Shown: piece after piece, positions 40,110-54,608 of the stretch | Layout of the letters: the number at the start of each line of letters is the position of its first letter | Position numbering within the stretch: position 1 is the stretch's first letter | Assembly: GCA_964016885.1 (NCBI GenBank) | Contig: OZ024741.1 | Coordinates: 49,786,001 to 49,850,000, forward strand | Reading direction: 5' to 3' | Source: Eledone cirrhosa | Lineage: Eukaryota | DNA length: 64,000 bases | Position numbers and translations under genes: made by a program | Notes under the pieces: model-generated | What the model was told of the DNA's origin: nothing | The model's database searches: none | The model's input: the letters and a program-made list of their open reading frames with translations, nothing else

Positions 40110-40785
40110 TGTACTACACTGAAGCAGGAGGTGAAATGTTTAACGCCAATCTACAAACTCAATAGAATACAGTAACTGTAGAATATGTGGATGTGGGGAA
40201 GAAACAGTTGACCACATTGTCACTGACTGCCCAGGCTTAGCCAAGAAAGAATATATCCACATGCATGATAGAGTTTGAGTTTACATACACTGGAAGTTAT
40301 ACCAGCATTATGAAATACCATCAGCAAAGAGATGGTACAGGCGTATGTTGTACAGAAAAGGTGTCAGAGAATGACAAAGCAACTATATTCTGGTATATAC
40401 CAATACACACAAACATGCACATTAAAACCAATCAACCAGATATTGTATACAAATACTGCAAAGAAAAGAAGTATCTTCTAATTGTCATATCAGTCCCCAC
40501 AAATGACAATATATCTCTAACAGCAATTGAGAAATTATCCAAATATAGAGATCTAGAAATAGTAATAACTTGAATGTGGATGATGAAAGCAGGAATAAAC
40601 TCTATAATAATAGGTGCTCTTGAAAGGATAAAAAAAACACACAGACTGATACATAACTTGGGACTTACAAATATATACAACATACAGAAAATACTGCTAT
40701 TAGACACTGCACATAACCAAAATCCATAGAGTTGGGCTTAGTAATGCAGTAACAGCACGCAATGAAGATAAGACTGATAATAATG
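40110..40785 (+). mobile_element. Degenerate restriction-like-endonuclease (R4/Dong-type) LINE 3' fragment; similar 3' piece ~22460-22700
   Basis: CRICG..EETVDHIVTDC zinc knuckle, NQPDIV, EKLSKYRDLEI. Confidence 0.65.
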
Positions 40786-41449
40786 GTTTTCTGATTTAGG
40801 CACAGGGCCAGCAATGTGGGGAGAGGGGGGAAAATCAATTAAATTGACCCTGGTGTATTACTGGTACTTTATTTTATCAACCCCGTAAGGATGAAAGGTA
40901 AAGCTAACCTTGGCGGGATTTGAACTTAGAATGTAAAGGGCCATAATTCTATGCTGCGAAGCAGGGTGTCCAATTCTCTACTGATACTGCCAATCCACCA
41001 TAATAAGGGTTTCAGATTTAGGCACAAAGCCAGCAATTTTGGGGGAGGGGAAAGTCAATTAAATCAACCCCAATACATTACTGGTGCTTTATTTTATTGA
41101 CCCCGTAAGGATGAAAGGTAAAGTTAAGCTTGGCAGGATTTGAACTCAGTATGTAAAGGGTCGTAACTCTATGCTACGAAGCATGTTATCCAATGCTCTG
41201 TCGATATTGCCAATCCACCGCCCTACAATCCACAATAATTGTTTCTACTTTTGGCACAAGGCCAGAAATAATCCCAGTACATTACTGGTACTTTATTTTA
41301 TCGACCCCGTAAGGATGAAAGGCAAAGTTAACCTCAGCAATTTGAACTCAGAACATAAAGGGTCATAACTCTGTGCTGCAAAGCATGATGTCTGACGCTC
41401 TACCAATACTGCCATAATAATAATAATGTAATTTCTTTGTTATTTGCAG

Positions 41450-41630
41450 AAATGACACATTACAACGATATTTGGATGAAGGAGATGACCGAAATGCCCG
41501 AATATTTGTCAACATGCTAGCAATCCGACTAAACCGGCTTAATCCTACAAATGATTCCATGAAGAATTCCAGCTGGAAAACCAGGCATTCTCTTTTGAAG
41601 ATATTACACAATTTACCAGTTCGAGATGAG
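41450..41630 (+). CDS. PKD1L1: Exon M (NDTLQRYLDEGDDRNARIFVNMLAIRLN...LHNLPVRDE)
   Basis: tttgcag acceptor, gtttgc donor, phase 2-0. Confidence 0.85.
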
Positions 41631-42310
41631 GTTTGCACATTCTTATTTTTTCATATTTTAAAAATCTATTTTAATATTTTAATTGATTAAAATTATTTCT
41701 GCAGAGAAGTTGGTTGATTTATAATTTTTATTATGTTTTTCAAAGTTTGATAATGAAATCATTTTTAAATTTCAAGAAAAATTTAGTGTCAGTGGTCAGA
41801 AACTCTCCAGAGAGTTGGACAGCAGGTCTTCAGAGAAACTATGTAAAGAAACAATGCAGTTATTAAGAAGAGTTGAAATTAATGCATACAAGATTTCACA
41901 GCTCTAACATCACTCCTTCATGGGCTGACCAAAATATTCTCATGGAATGACCAAATGAGCTTTATTTTTCAACATAGCCCCTGGAAAGAAACAATACAGT
42001 TATTAAGAAGAAAAATTGAAATTAATGAATGCAAGATTTCACAGCTCTAGCATCACTCCTTCATAGGCTGTCTATGAACTTTTCAGTCCACTTTTGTAAA
42101 CTAAGACTTACTTAATCTTTTGTTCCTCTACAGATGATGAAATAAATACCAGTAATATACTGGTACTAATTAACTATATTTTTAAGTTTGGGCTCCTTTA
42201 AAATGTAAAGATTTTATGCTTGCCATGTCTACTAAGACCAATACTTGTCCTGTTTGTTCTCATCTATGTCATGTCAACTTATTAAATATATCTAATCTGT
42301 ATAATTTCAG

Positions 42311-42367
42311 TTGGAAACTCTTCAGACAATACAAGCTGTTGAAACCGTCACATTGAAAACACATGAG
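42311..42367 (+). CDS. PKD1L1: Exon N, 57 nt (LETLQTIQAVETVTLKTHE)
   Basis: atttcag acceptor, gtaatc donor, phase 0-0. Confidence 0.78.
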
Positions 42368-44039
42368 GTAATCCTTTTGTTTCATTTTTTGTATTATTAT
42401 AATTCTGATATTATGATGTAGTACAATTGATTAGGAACAGAATTATCACATTCTTGTTTCTGAAAAAGCAGAAACTCACAATGGAGATAACACACATCCA
42501 CTTTCTTCTATCAGTCTGTTTCCCCAACCCGACTCATACTCAGAGTCGGATAGAATGCTTTGCAGTATTTGTTCTGGCTCTCTGCTCTCTGTTCTAATCC
42601 TGCTACGGTCAACTTTGCCTTTCATCCATTTAAAGTTGATAAAAAAAAGCACCAGTTTAGTACTGGGGTCGATTCTTCTATATCTCTTTCTCACTTCCTT
42701 TCTCTCCCTCTCTTTCTTTCTCTGGAAGAAATCTACCTGAAGAGAAAATGAGCTCAGCCAGGTTTTAAAATTCCCTAGAAACGCTGTATGCCACTACAGC
42801 ATCCATACAACTCCCTCAGGAGTTGTGGGTCCATACATACGTATGTACATACACACACACCGATCTCCTCTTCTCCAAACATTTCTAGCCTAGTGTCTAA
42901 AGTATGTAGATATTATTTTTATTATTAAGATGGAGGATAACAGAATTGGTAATACAGCAGATATGATGTACCGGTGAATTTATTTTCATATCAACTTTGC
43001 TTTTCATTCTTTCAGAGAGGAGGGCAGAGGTAAAACAATAAGTAGCAGTCATATATTGAGACTTATCTAATAGATTCTGCTAAATAATATGGCCAAATTC
43101 CTGATAGAAATATTATCTTTTTTTGTTCTTAAGTGATTATTCTAAAATGCTTGATCTGTGATGGTGTTATGTCTCATATCTTTTTTTAACTCTTTTCTGA
43201 CTGGATCTCATTTAACAAATGAAAGATTTTGTGGGACTTACTAAAATTATTATTTCATTACTAAGACAGTAACTTACAATATGATTCTTATACATATATA
43301 TAAACTGGAAAATTTTAATCTAAATGATGAGTTGTAGTGCACCTGAGCACTGTACACAATAATTTTCATTGTTATTATTAAATGGAAACCGGGCAGTGGA
43401 TTGGCAGTATCGGTAAAGTGTTGGACAACATGCTTTTTGGCAAATAGTTACAATCCTTTACAATCTGAGTTCAAATCCTGCCGAGGTTAGCTTCACTTTT
43501 CATCCTTTGGGGGTTGATGAAATAAAGCACCAATAACACACTGGGGCGATTTAATCAACATTCCCCTTCCCCAAATTGTTGGCCTTGTGCCTTTAGTAGA
43601 AACCATTATTAAATGGGAACCCATTAAAATGTGTGGCCTTGTCTAATAGAACCAGAGCTGGTTTTGACCAGGTTAGTAACAAAAGGGTTAAATATGTAAT
43701 ATATGAAACTGTAGTATGCAGCTTGTAACAATATCAAACCTTGTCCCTTGAATATATATATTTTTTGTAAAAATCAGGGTTAGTATCAAAAGGGTTAAGA
43801 TGAGAAGCTAAAAACTGTGTTGTATCTGGAAATGAACCAAAAGAGGACAGAGCAATATAATCTTGACAGGAAGAGGAAGATAGTAAAACCTCTAAACTGA
43901 ACAAGAATATGAAGAAAGTCAGTTTTACATCTCTAAATGTATTGATTTATTTAAGAATGATCACTAAACTACCTTCCTTGTCCCAACATGAATTGGAAGA
44001 TAGGAACTCCAACACCAGTAGCAGCATGGCAACACCTGT

Positions 44040-44200
44040 GCAACTACTACTGCTGTTGTTGTTGCTGCTACTTCTACTACTATTACTACCACCACCACCA
44101 TTACTACTAATACTACTGCTATTACCATTACTATTAACTACTAGTACCACTACCACCACTACTATTACTACTACTGCCACCACCACTAACACTACCATCT
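44040..44200. repeat. Imperfect (CTA/CCA)n trinucleotide tract; also (TA)n at ~10982 and ~34448, (CT)n ~14208, (GATA)n ~50107-50375
   Basis: Direct reading. Confidence 0.9.
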
Positions 44201-45354
44201 TCCTACTCACCTTGACAGTTTCACTGCCAATCTTCACTCCACCTTCAATATCTACTACCTCTGCTATATCACTGTCAATTATATTCTATCAGAAACATTG
44301 CTTTACTACTTGGACACTCCCCTTATTTGTTTTCCTCTTTCTTTCTTTCTCTCAACATCTTCGTTTTAGCCTCTTTCATATTATTTATTTAATCTCCTTC
44401 AAAGAACGACAGAATGAAACAAAGGAAAATAGGAAAGAAATGATGATGAAACATTTTTCTTCTCCAGGGATATTTTACCCAATTTATTCAACTATTTATA
44501 TTTATCAACTATTATTGTAGTTATCTAGGCAGCGAATTGGCAGAATCATTAGAACATCAGATAGAATGATTTGTAACATACATTCCAACACTCTGCTCTC
44601 TGAGTTCAAATTTCGCTGAGGTCAACTTTGCCTTTCAGCCATTCATGGTCGATAAAAAAAAAGTACCAGTTAAGTACTGAGGTTGATTCTTCCTCTATAT
44701 CTCTTTTTCACTTCCTTTCTCTCACCCTGTCTATCCTTCTCTGGAAGAAATCTGCTGTATTCAGACCTGGAGAGGAGATGGGCTCTCCCATATTTTAAAA
44801 AAATGCCTTAGAACCCCTATATGTCTATATGGTGCCCCTATGACTCCCTCAGGAGATACAGATCCATACCATTGTAGTTATCTACATCGTAGCGACTATA
44901 TTTTCAAATATTTATTTATATTCTCTATAATCTTGTTTTCTCATTTAAATGAGTTTCCTAAAATAATGAGCTATGCTAAACACACACAAACAAAATTGCC
45001 TAGATGAACCAATAATGAAATGTTTTCAGTTTTGTTTTTGTTTGTTTTTTCTTCCATAAAATTTGTTAATGTGTGAAATGAATACTCATAACCTCTATCC
45101 CTATTTCTCTAACTTTAATTTAAAAATGAAGTGGTTGTAAATTCCTGTGTAATCAGGCCACTACAGATGTGGATATTAAATACACCTTTTTGTAACTCTG
45201 CAGCTTAGCTGTCCTAAGTGACTTATTGAACTGAATGCCTAGAAAATAGATTTATTTAACAAGAACAATCCAGAAGTTAAATATATAGGATATATATAGC
45301 AAGAACAGTTCTGGAAAGAGAGAGAGATGTAGATATGTAAAAAGGTCAGTCAAG

Positions 45355-45625
45355 ATGAGAGAAAGATAAAATATAGATATATAGCATGCAAGAGAAAATA
45401 GATTTATTTAGCAAGAATAATCTAGAATAATGGGAGAAAGATAAAATATAGATATATAGCAGGCAAGAGAAAATAGATTTATTTAGCAAGAATAATCTAG
45501 AATAATGGGAGAAAGATAAAATATAGATATATAGCAGGCAAGAGAAAATAGATTTATTTAGCAAGAATAATCTAGAATAATGGGAGAAAGATAAAATATA
45601 GATATATAGCAGGCAAGAGAAAATA
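45355..45625. repeat. 75-bp tandem repeat, about 3.5 copies
   Basis: agagaaaata recurs at 45391, 45466, 45541 and 45616. Confidence 0.93.
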
Positions 45626-46405
45626 ATTCATTGTTAAACAATCATCATACTGACACTCTGCTATAACTGTCTTTCATGGTTCACCAACATTATCAATGTC
45701 ACACACTAAAACTGTTCTTAAGATGGAAACAACAAGCATGTTTCATTTATGCCCATATCTCTTTTTAGTTCTTTTGTGATTGTATTTCTAATGAAATGCC
45801 CTTTATTTCATTTAACAAATGAAAAATTTCAGGGGATTTACTAAAATTAATTAATTCATTACTATGACAGTAACTTATAATATGATTCTAATATAAGCTG
45901 GGAAATGTTTATTTAAATGATGAGTTGTAGTGCACCTGAGCACTGTATACAATAATTTTCATTATTATTATCGGTGGATTGGCAGTATCGGTAGAGGGTC
46001 GGATGCCATGCTTTCCAGCATAGTTACGTCCCTTTATGATCTGAGTTCAAATCCCGCCGTGGTTAACTTTGCCTTTCATCCTTACGGGTTCGATAAAATA
46101 AAGTACCAGTAATGCACTGGGATAATTGCTGGCCTTGTGCCTAAAGTAGAAACAATTATTATTATCAAATGGGAACCCTTTAAAATGTGTGGTTTTGTTT
46201 CATAGAACCAGAACTAGTTTTGGCCATGTTGGTAACAAATGGGTTAAATATGTAATATATGAAACTGTAGTATGTAACTTGTAACAATATCAAACCTTGC
46301 CCCTTGCATGTACATTTTCTTTTTGTAAAAATAAGGGTTAGTATGAAAAGGGTTAAGATGAGAAGTTAAAAACTGTGGTGTATCTGAAAATGTTATATAT
46401 ATATA

Positions 46406-46461
<56 letters not shown>

Positions 46462-46876
46462 GGAAAATTAACAGAGAGAAGACTAGACAACAAACGAAAA
46501 CAATTTTTTGAAGGGGAAACCTTAAAAAATTATTTTTTAAAAATAAAAATACAAACAAAAGACATGGAACTGCAGATTCTTCAGCTGTTGAGATGGCTTT
46601 GGAAGGTTTGATCCCTACTAACGGTACTGCTGGTCCAACCGGGGTCACAGCATCTGACACAAGCCAAAACACTGTCCATGGAGTAAGGGACAAGACAAAA
46701 TAATAATTTATAGCAATTAAGCTATAACATGTACACATAGAATTTATGTGATGTCAGGGAAAAGGTATTGTAATTTTTGTAGTACAAGAGTCTCATGAAA
46801 CAATACAACTAGTATTCTGATTTTAACTTTTTTCAAGGATTATTTTATATATTTTTATTTCTATTTATATTTGCAG

Positions 46877-47089
46877 CTAAATTTGGAATCAGCAAGTTTG
46901 GCATTAAATATACTCCAATCAATTCTTGATGCTTCAAAGAAACTTTATGATGTGATGGGTCACCAGACAGAAAACCTCCTTCAACTTGCCATTGATTCTT
47001 TATCAAATATAGTTGAAGCATCATCTACATCAGTAGATTCCACAAAATTCATTGTAAAATCATCAGATGTGGCAAATGGATTCATTACG
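46877..47089 (+). CDS. PKD1L1: Exon O, helical region (LNLESASLALNILQSILDAS...SLSNIVEAS...GFIT)
   Basis: tttgcag acceptor, gtaact donor, 213 nt, phase 0-0. Confidence 0.87.
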
Positions 47090-50000
47090 GTAACTAGTAA
47101 TTTTATTTTGTATATTTCTGTAGCAATCCAACATGCGTAGAGGAAGTTTGTGTGTGTGTGAAAAAGGGGGAATTATTATCATCATCATTACTGTTTAACG
47201 TCCATTTTTCTATGCTTGCATGGGTCAACCTTTACACTCCCCAGCAACTACTGGAGTGCAGTAGAAATACAATCCTAATCATAACGGGTTAAGGACTAAT
47301 TATTGTACTCTAGATATTTTTATTCTAATAACATTTGCCAAGTGAGACCTCATCCAGGACCCCACATCTAAACCAGCCAGTTTTTACCTTCCCAGAAGGC
47401 AATGGTGTCTCTTAATCGGAGCTTCACAACATATGCCAGGAAAGCCCATCATTTCCATTGATGGAAAATGAAAGACAGCCCTGCATGTGACTGTGGGGAT
47501 CCTAACCAGACAGTACTGCATGTTGTTTGGGATTGCCCCCTCAGACATTTTCCCGGCAGCCTGGTAGCAATCCATAATGCTGCAAATGATTTCTCGGTCT
47601 GGCTCACTGGTCTCAACCTGCCTCTCTAACTATTGCGCATATGTCATACAAGAAGAAGATTCTAACAGCCAATCTTGTGGTTGATTAAAATGACATACCA
47701 GTAATATATGGGAAAGGGAGAGTACATCAAATATATTTTATCTTGTATAAACTTGCATTGTTCTTAATCAAAATCAAAAAATATTTTTGTTATTGATATA
47801 GAGTAAAATTTCCTTGGCAAATTGAGTTTTTAAACTAGTATTGACCCCTTCAATTATAATAATTACAATAATTATAATCCTAACTTCTGGAGTTATTTAA
47901 GATAATAATTATTTCTACTTCTGGCATAAGGCCAACAATTTGGGGAGAGGAGAAAGTCAATTATATCAAACCTAGTACTTAACTGGTACTTTCAGGTCTC
48001 GCCCCCCCCCCCCCCCCCCCACCCCTCCTGCACTTATTAATTAACTCTGATTAACTTTCCTATGTAGTTCATTTTGGTATTGAATACCTTGTTTTAAAAG
48101 TGCCATTTAGCAAGTCATATGTTGGAGCAGGTAATAAAGGGCCCACAGATCCATTGGGATTTATGTACAGTTGTGCATAGTATGCAAAGGTGGTTTTCAC
48201 CCACAGCCTATCTGCCACATGCTCCATATCATTGGGACCCATCTCTTTGCAAATCAGAACTCTCTCTCTCTTTCTCTAAATGTTTATCAGTTCTTCATTT
48301 GTTGTAGGAAAAACTGTGAAGAACATGGAGTTGTGGATGGGTTCCACCTTTGGCATTCTACCAGAGCTACTTCCAGTTGATCTTTTGAAAGCATAAGGAA
48401 ATCTCCATTCTTGGCGATGCATAGATAGGCAGCTTACCCTTCTCTCGCTTTTGGATGAAAAACTTTATTCTGACAAAGATGCACATTTCCTGGTCACAAA
48501 ACTCAGATTTCTTTCTAGGCCAGGTGGTTCTTGTTCAGTACATGTTTGTTACTGGAAGAATTAGTAAAAATAAAACTAATATATTTTTCAATGTTTTCTT
48601 TATTTGGCAAAATGTGCGCGCATTGTTGATTTTATTGTTTGAAGCATATCATTGGAAATATCCAAGTTAATGTCACCATTTTCTGTCAAAAAGTCCTATG
48701 TAATTAAATTGTATTTTGTTTTTTTTTTGTTTTGTTAGTTCTGTGTTGTTGCATTCAATTTATTTGTGTATGAGGAAGGGGAGTTCTGACAGAAAAACAT
48801 CATAAGTTGAATGTAAACGAAAATGAAATTATGTTTTTAAAAAATCACCAAAACTGATAGACTTTAATTGTACTCTGATGGATGTGTAACATTAGTTGCA
48901 TGAGCAAGTTGAGAGAAAAATGTGGCATAAAAGGAATTTGTTATGTGTATAAAAGAGTAAACTGTATTGGTATAGACATGTGATGTGTATGGAAGATGAC
49001 AGATGTATAAAGAAATGCAGAGAAATCTAAGTGATTGGTAGCCATGGAAGTGACAGAGCCAGGAAAACCTAGGATGAGGTAGTGAAGACTGACCTAAACA
49101 AGCTGAACTTCACAACAGGGATAGTGAAGGACTGTAATGTGATTGACAATAGGAAGTAATCCCTGCTCTAGAAACCATGCCAAAGGGGGCTCTTTAGCTG
49201 TGTCAATGGCACAACAACTTTTCTAGTGTTGATGATCGACATGATAAACACATCCAGTACACTCTGTAAGGTTATAGGAAGAGCATCCAATGGTAAAATA
49301 CACCCAGTACATGCTGTAAAGTGGTTGGTGATCGGAAAGGCATCCAGCTGTAGAAAGCTTGCCAAACAATGGGTTGTGAGGACCCTTTGTGTCAAAAATA
49401 TGACGACCTCCCTAGTATTAGTGATCCACATAATAAATGTACCCAGTACATGCTGTAAAGTATTTGGTGATAGGAAAGACATCTAGCCATAGAAAACTTG
49501 CCAAACAAGGGGTCATGAGGACCCTTCAGCTGTGTCACAGACATAACAACCTCCCTAGTGCTAGTACCATGATATATAAATTGCACTCAGAGCATGGGAT
49601 TGTAGTTAAGCCTCCAGCTTATTTGAGAGGTTAGGATCCTAACTTGAGTACTGACAGTCCATGTAGATCTGTTCGTGCTATGAGACAAGTCTGGCAATTT
49701 GGCCAGACTTTTACAGTTTGATGCCCTTCCTAATACCAACCACATTATATGGAACTGGGTTGTCAGGCCAGTTGGCCAAGCCGTCACTTTAAAAGTAAAG
49801 AAAAAACAGTTCCAAGTGGTTTGGTATTGAATGAACTATTCTGGACATTATTTTTAATAACTATCACAGTACCCATCAAAAATGACAGGGTTTATAATAA
49901 AAAATATTGAATTTAATATTTCTTTGATTACATCATTCTATATAAAGCTGTTTGAGCCCTTGATAAACCTTAACCTTCTCCCTCATGTCACTCCAGCTGT

Positions 50001-51252
50001 TGCTGTATTTCATGTTACATACATTTAAATCATTTGAAATAATATTTTTCCATATTTTCTTTAATCATTATCAAATGTATACCCACTAAATTATGATGAC
50101 TTTGTTCTATCTATATATCTATCTATCTATTATCTATCTACCTGTCTATCTTCTGACTTCCATTGGATTCCTATTTTTATTTTATTTTGTTTGTTGTTGT
50201 CTATACATGGATAAATATACATAAATAGGTAGATGGTTAGTTAGTTAGATAGACACACAGAGAAATAGACAGACGGACAAATATACAGATAGACAATGAG
50301 ACAAGCATGCAGATAGACAGATAGATAGATAAATAGATAGATGTTGTTTTTATTATTGCAAGATAGATAGATACATAGGGACATGGGCATTGGCTGTTTC
50401 CATCCAACTGACCAGAGAGTGGATATGACCTGTCAATACTGTGTGTGACAGAGGGAGGTAGGGAGGAAGATATCACAGTACATACATTCTCAAATTACTG
50501 TTTACCAAACAAATCTACCACAAAGTGGTCAAATGATTTTGAGTTTTATTATATAAAGGAACGATTGACTTTCGTCAAATCAGACCGAGGAAACAATGTT
50601 TCTATCGGTCTTTCCAGTTACTAATACTATCTATCAGTTGCAACTCCAGGTAGAAGGAGCAACGTGAAATAAAGTGTATTGCTCAAGGACATAACGCATC
50701 GCCCGGTCTGGGAATCGAACTCACAACCTCACGATTGCGAATCTAAATCTCTAACCACTCAGCCACATGCCTTTATTATAAAAGATTATAAAAATTTTCA
50801 AAACCAATAACTGCTTTCAATAAGATGTAACTACATTGCCTAATTGTTTCTGCTTTGTATTCTCAAAATTATTCAACTGGTTACAGTAGAAATAAATAAA
50901 ATGCTTCTTTTCCTTCTTCTTCTCCTCGTCCTCCTTCTCCTTCTTCCTGAGAGGGTTGTGGGACAGTCCTCAAACAGTCCTTCCAGCAGGTCCTGTCAGA
51001 AGCAACTGTATCCAACTGATCTGGCCATATCCCCAAGCGAGACCAGCCAAGCTTATGGATGTTATCCAACCATCTTGCTTGGGGTCTACTCTGGGTCTCC
51101 TGTCAGTTGGTTTTGTCCGTAAAAATCTATCCAGAGATTCAAACTACATGCCCATAGTATCGGAGCTGTAATCTCTCAGTTCAGAAATAAAATAAAATGC
51201 TTGTCATCTTAAAATATTACTTCAATGGATTTATATTTTTTTTTCTTATTAG

Positions 51253-51531
51253 AATGAATTGAAGTTTGCTGCAGTTGAAGAAAATCCAATCCAACACAAA
51301 TCTCCTGGAATCAGTATCTATGCAGCTCGATACAATGTTAACTTCAAGCCAAAACTAACCATAGGCGAAGCATCATTTGACCTACCAGAAGAATTAACAA
51401 AACTTGTTGATCTTAACCCTAATGAAAACAAAGAATCTCCAAAGCAAGGAATTAGGCGTAAATGTTATCAAGCACAAATGACATCTTTTCACAAAAAACG
51501 TTATCCTCTTGGAAGTATGGAGACCAATAAG
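51253..51531 (+). CDS. PKD1L1: Exon P (NELKFAAVEENPIQHKSPGISIY...FDLPEEL...KRYPLGSMETNK)
   Basis: ttcttattag acceptor, gtatgt donor, 279 nt, phase 0-0. Confidence 0.87.
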
Positions 51532-52369
51532 GTATGTATTACATTTCCCGTTCCTTCTTTTTATTTCATGCAACCATGTTTGTATTTTCATGTGGATTGA
51601 ATAGGTTTACATACTTTGACATTCATACCAAGTAATCTTAACTAATTCTAACTAGAATTTATATATTCTTATTTTATACATCAAATACCCATAGGAGATA
51701 AGGGCTTGTAATAAATCCTGTAATATACAATAGAGCTTTGAGTCCCATTCATATATTTACATCCATTTTTTTTAAATTTTAATATGGGTAAGCAGATTTT
51801 TGTTGGAACAATTGGTCTTACTGCTGAATGTCCTCAAATTTGACCTAAAACTGAGCAGGGAAAATGCTACCATTTACACTCGAATATAAGTTGAGGAATA
51901 TGTGATGAAAACAATCGTTGATAGAGGGGGTCGGGTTGGCTTATATTTGGGGGTCAATATTTTGATGATTTTCACCAACTTAAAATTCTACGTAAATAAG
52001 GTTTGGATTTTTGCCCATTTCTCAGACAAAATATTGGGGTCATCTTATATTCGAGTGTATACGGTAATTGAAAACAGAAGGAACCAACATTAGTATTAAC
52101 TTACCTTTGTAATATACAAACTTAATTGCCCTTTATATGATTTTGTAAATTTTTTTTTCCATTTAGTTTTGCTATCAAAATTTTTTTCTTGTTTCTTCAA
52201 TATTTTTCAACATGAAAAGGTTCCCATCTTTTGTTTAGTATTAGATACACTGGAATGATTTTCTGTCCCTCTTCATTTCATTTGCAGGAGAAAGTGTATA
52301 ATTCTCATAGTTGTTGCATGCAGTTATGTTTTGCATAATGTGTTCTTCATGTATGATATATTTTTATAG

Positions 52370-52486
52370 GTGCAATCTCAGGTTACATCACTCAAGTTGT
52401 ACAGTTGTGATGGTAAAGCTATCATTGTCGACCATTTACCTAAAGAAGAACTCATCACTATTGGTATTCCATCTGAAATTAATGCA
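52370..52486 (+). CDS. PKD1L1: Exon Q (VQSQVTSLKLYSCDGKAIIVDHLPKEELITIGIPSEINA)
   Basis: ttttatag acceptor, gtaagt donor, phase 0-0; SxVxSL...G..I.V..L pattern typical of PKD1-like proteins. Confidence 0.88.
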
Positions 52487-54453
52487 GTAAGTACCTAGTA
52501 CGCTGACACTTGTATTGGGATCTCTATTTATCTTAAAAGCATTCTGCATGGTTTGGTAGGGATTCATCTTAGTGTCATTATTATCCCATCCGATGGCAGT
52601 GGATTGTCAGAATCGGTAGAGCATCGGTCAAAATGCTTTGCAATATTTAGTTATGGCCTTTAACTTCTGAGTTCAAATCCTGTCGGGGTTAGCTTTGCCT
52701 TTCATCATTACAGGGTTGATAAAATAAAGTACCAGTAATGCACTGGGTTTGATTTAATCAACTTTCCCCTCTCTCAAAATTGTTGACCTTGTCTAAATCA
52801 GAAACCATTATTATCCCATCCTAATTATATATTGTGAATAGCTTTATTCCCTGTAAGATAATACTTAATCTATCCTGCATAATATTGATTGAATAAATAT
52901 TGTATGGTGGGGCAAAACTCTAAAGCAAGAAATAAAACTGCCACAAAAAAATCTTTCAGAAAGTTGGAGAATTGAGTTACAATTCTCCAACTGTAATTAA
53001 CTCTTGACATCCTGTAATGATTTAGTAGAAAATTCTTAAAGAACAGATTTGTTAGTTCAAATGTTTATAGAATCTTTGCAAGTGAACAGATTGTTGTGAA
53101 AATGTGCAGTATTATTTTATGAGCTTTAATTTTTAATGTGATCAGCTATTATGCTGTTTTGCTAATGCATTTTCACAGGATATTAAGATTTAAAAGGAAA
53201 AACAAAGAAAAATGATTCTGGTTAAATATAATATAAGAGTCAAAATTATTGAATATCTAAAAATATGTCCTATATATGAATATTTATACCTCTTGACAAA
53301 AGCATCCCGTTCATCCTGGCACTATGATAAAAACATTCTGTCCATTCTCTAAAGTGGTCGTGCTTGTGTCATGGCCAAAAAGTACCTAGTCCACTCAGTA
53401 AAGTAGTCATGCTGGTGCCACAGTGAAAAAGCACCTAATCCAATATATAATATATAAGGTGGTTGGTGTTAGGGAGGACATCCAGCCATAGAAAACCAGA
53501 CCAAAAGATGAATCATATGAGCAAGACATCACCTGACCTGTCTGGCCTCATTGAAAATAGACATTAAATTGTGATGATATCAACAAGCCTCTATCACTAA
53601 TTAATATCCATTGTTTGTTAGTGAATTTTACTGAAACCAGCTTTAATTTCTAGCTTCAACTAAATTTCTTTAGGTTCACTGGTTACTTGACATAAAAATG
53701 TTTAGAAAATAAATTCTTTATTATCCAGTTTGACATAGACTGAGAGATCATTATTTCTTAAATTGGAAGACCAGAAATTTGTAAGAGTTTGGTACAGTCC
53801 TAGAAATTTGAATTAACACTAATATATGACTGATAGTTTCCCCCCCCCCCTCCCCGGCCCACACACACACACACACAACAACAACAACAAATCAGAATGT
53901 AAATGGACATAACTAAATTATACAAGAACATTTAGTCCAGCACGCTAGTTTCTGACATTGCTCTACTCTCGGGTCTTGAATAATCTCCCCTCTCCTCCAT
54001 TCTTATCCCAACCACCACACACACTTATTAAATTTTGTGTGGTAGCATTCCTGCAACAATAAATTTTCTTTAAACATTAAAAGACATTATACATGACAAA
54101 AAAAGTACATTACTAGAAATACCATGTGTTATATTCTAAAATAAATAGGATGGGTTGGAGTCTCAATATGTAAACTAAATGACTAATTCTGGTTTTTAAA
54201 AAAATCAACAGACAACCTAGAAAAATTACTGATCCTGCCTTCCCTGCTTATTCCACACATAGACATACACACACCCTATTATTTGGGACCTGAGAGTACC
54301 CCCTTTGCATGAGAAATAAATAGCAACACCAGTAAAGAATAAAGGAAATTATTTTATGAAAAATATCAAATGATTACAATTTTCTCAGAAAATTTAACAA
54401 TTATTATTGTTTTTATTATTTTTATTATCATCTTTCCTCCATTTTATTTCCAG

Positions 54454-54608
54454 GATAAAACTGTTGGTAACCACACCTTACATCGAATACACATGAACAT
54501 TCATCAGTTTAATGTTTCAAAATTAAATAGAAACCAATCTTTTCATATATTGGTCAACTTTACTCCAGTATACACTGGTCAGCTATTCCCTATTACTATC
54601 TCTATAAG
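54454..54608 (+). CDS. PKD1L1: Exon R (DKTVGNHTLHRIHMNIHQFNVSKLNRNQSFHILVNFTPVYTGQLFPITISI)
   Basis: atttccag acceptor, gtcagt donor, phase 0-2. Confidence 0.85.

Noticed and set aside
43909-44520. 203-aa ORF with poly-Leu and poly-Thr
   Set aside because: Translation of a (CTA/CCA)n microsatellite; exons N and O join in phase without it.
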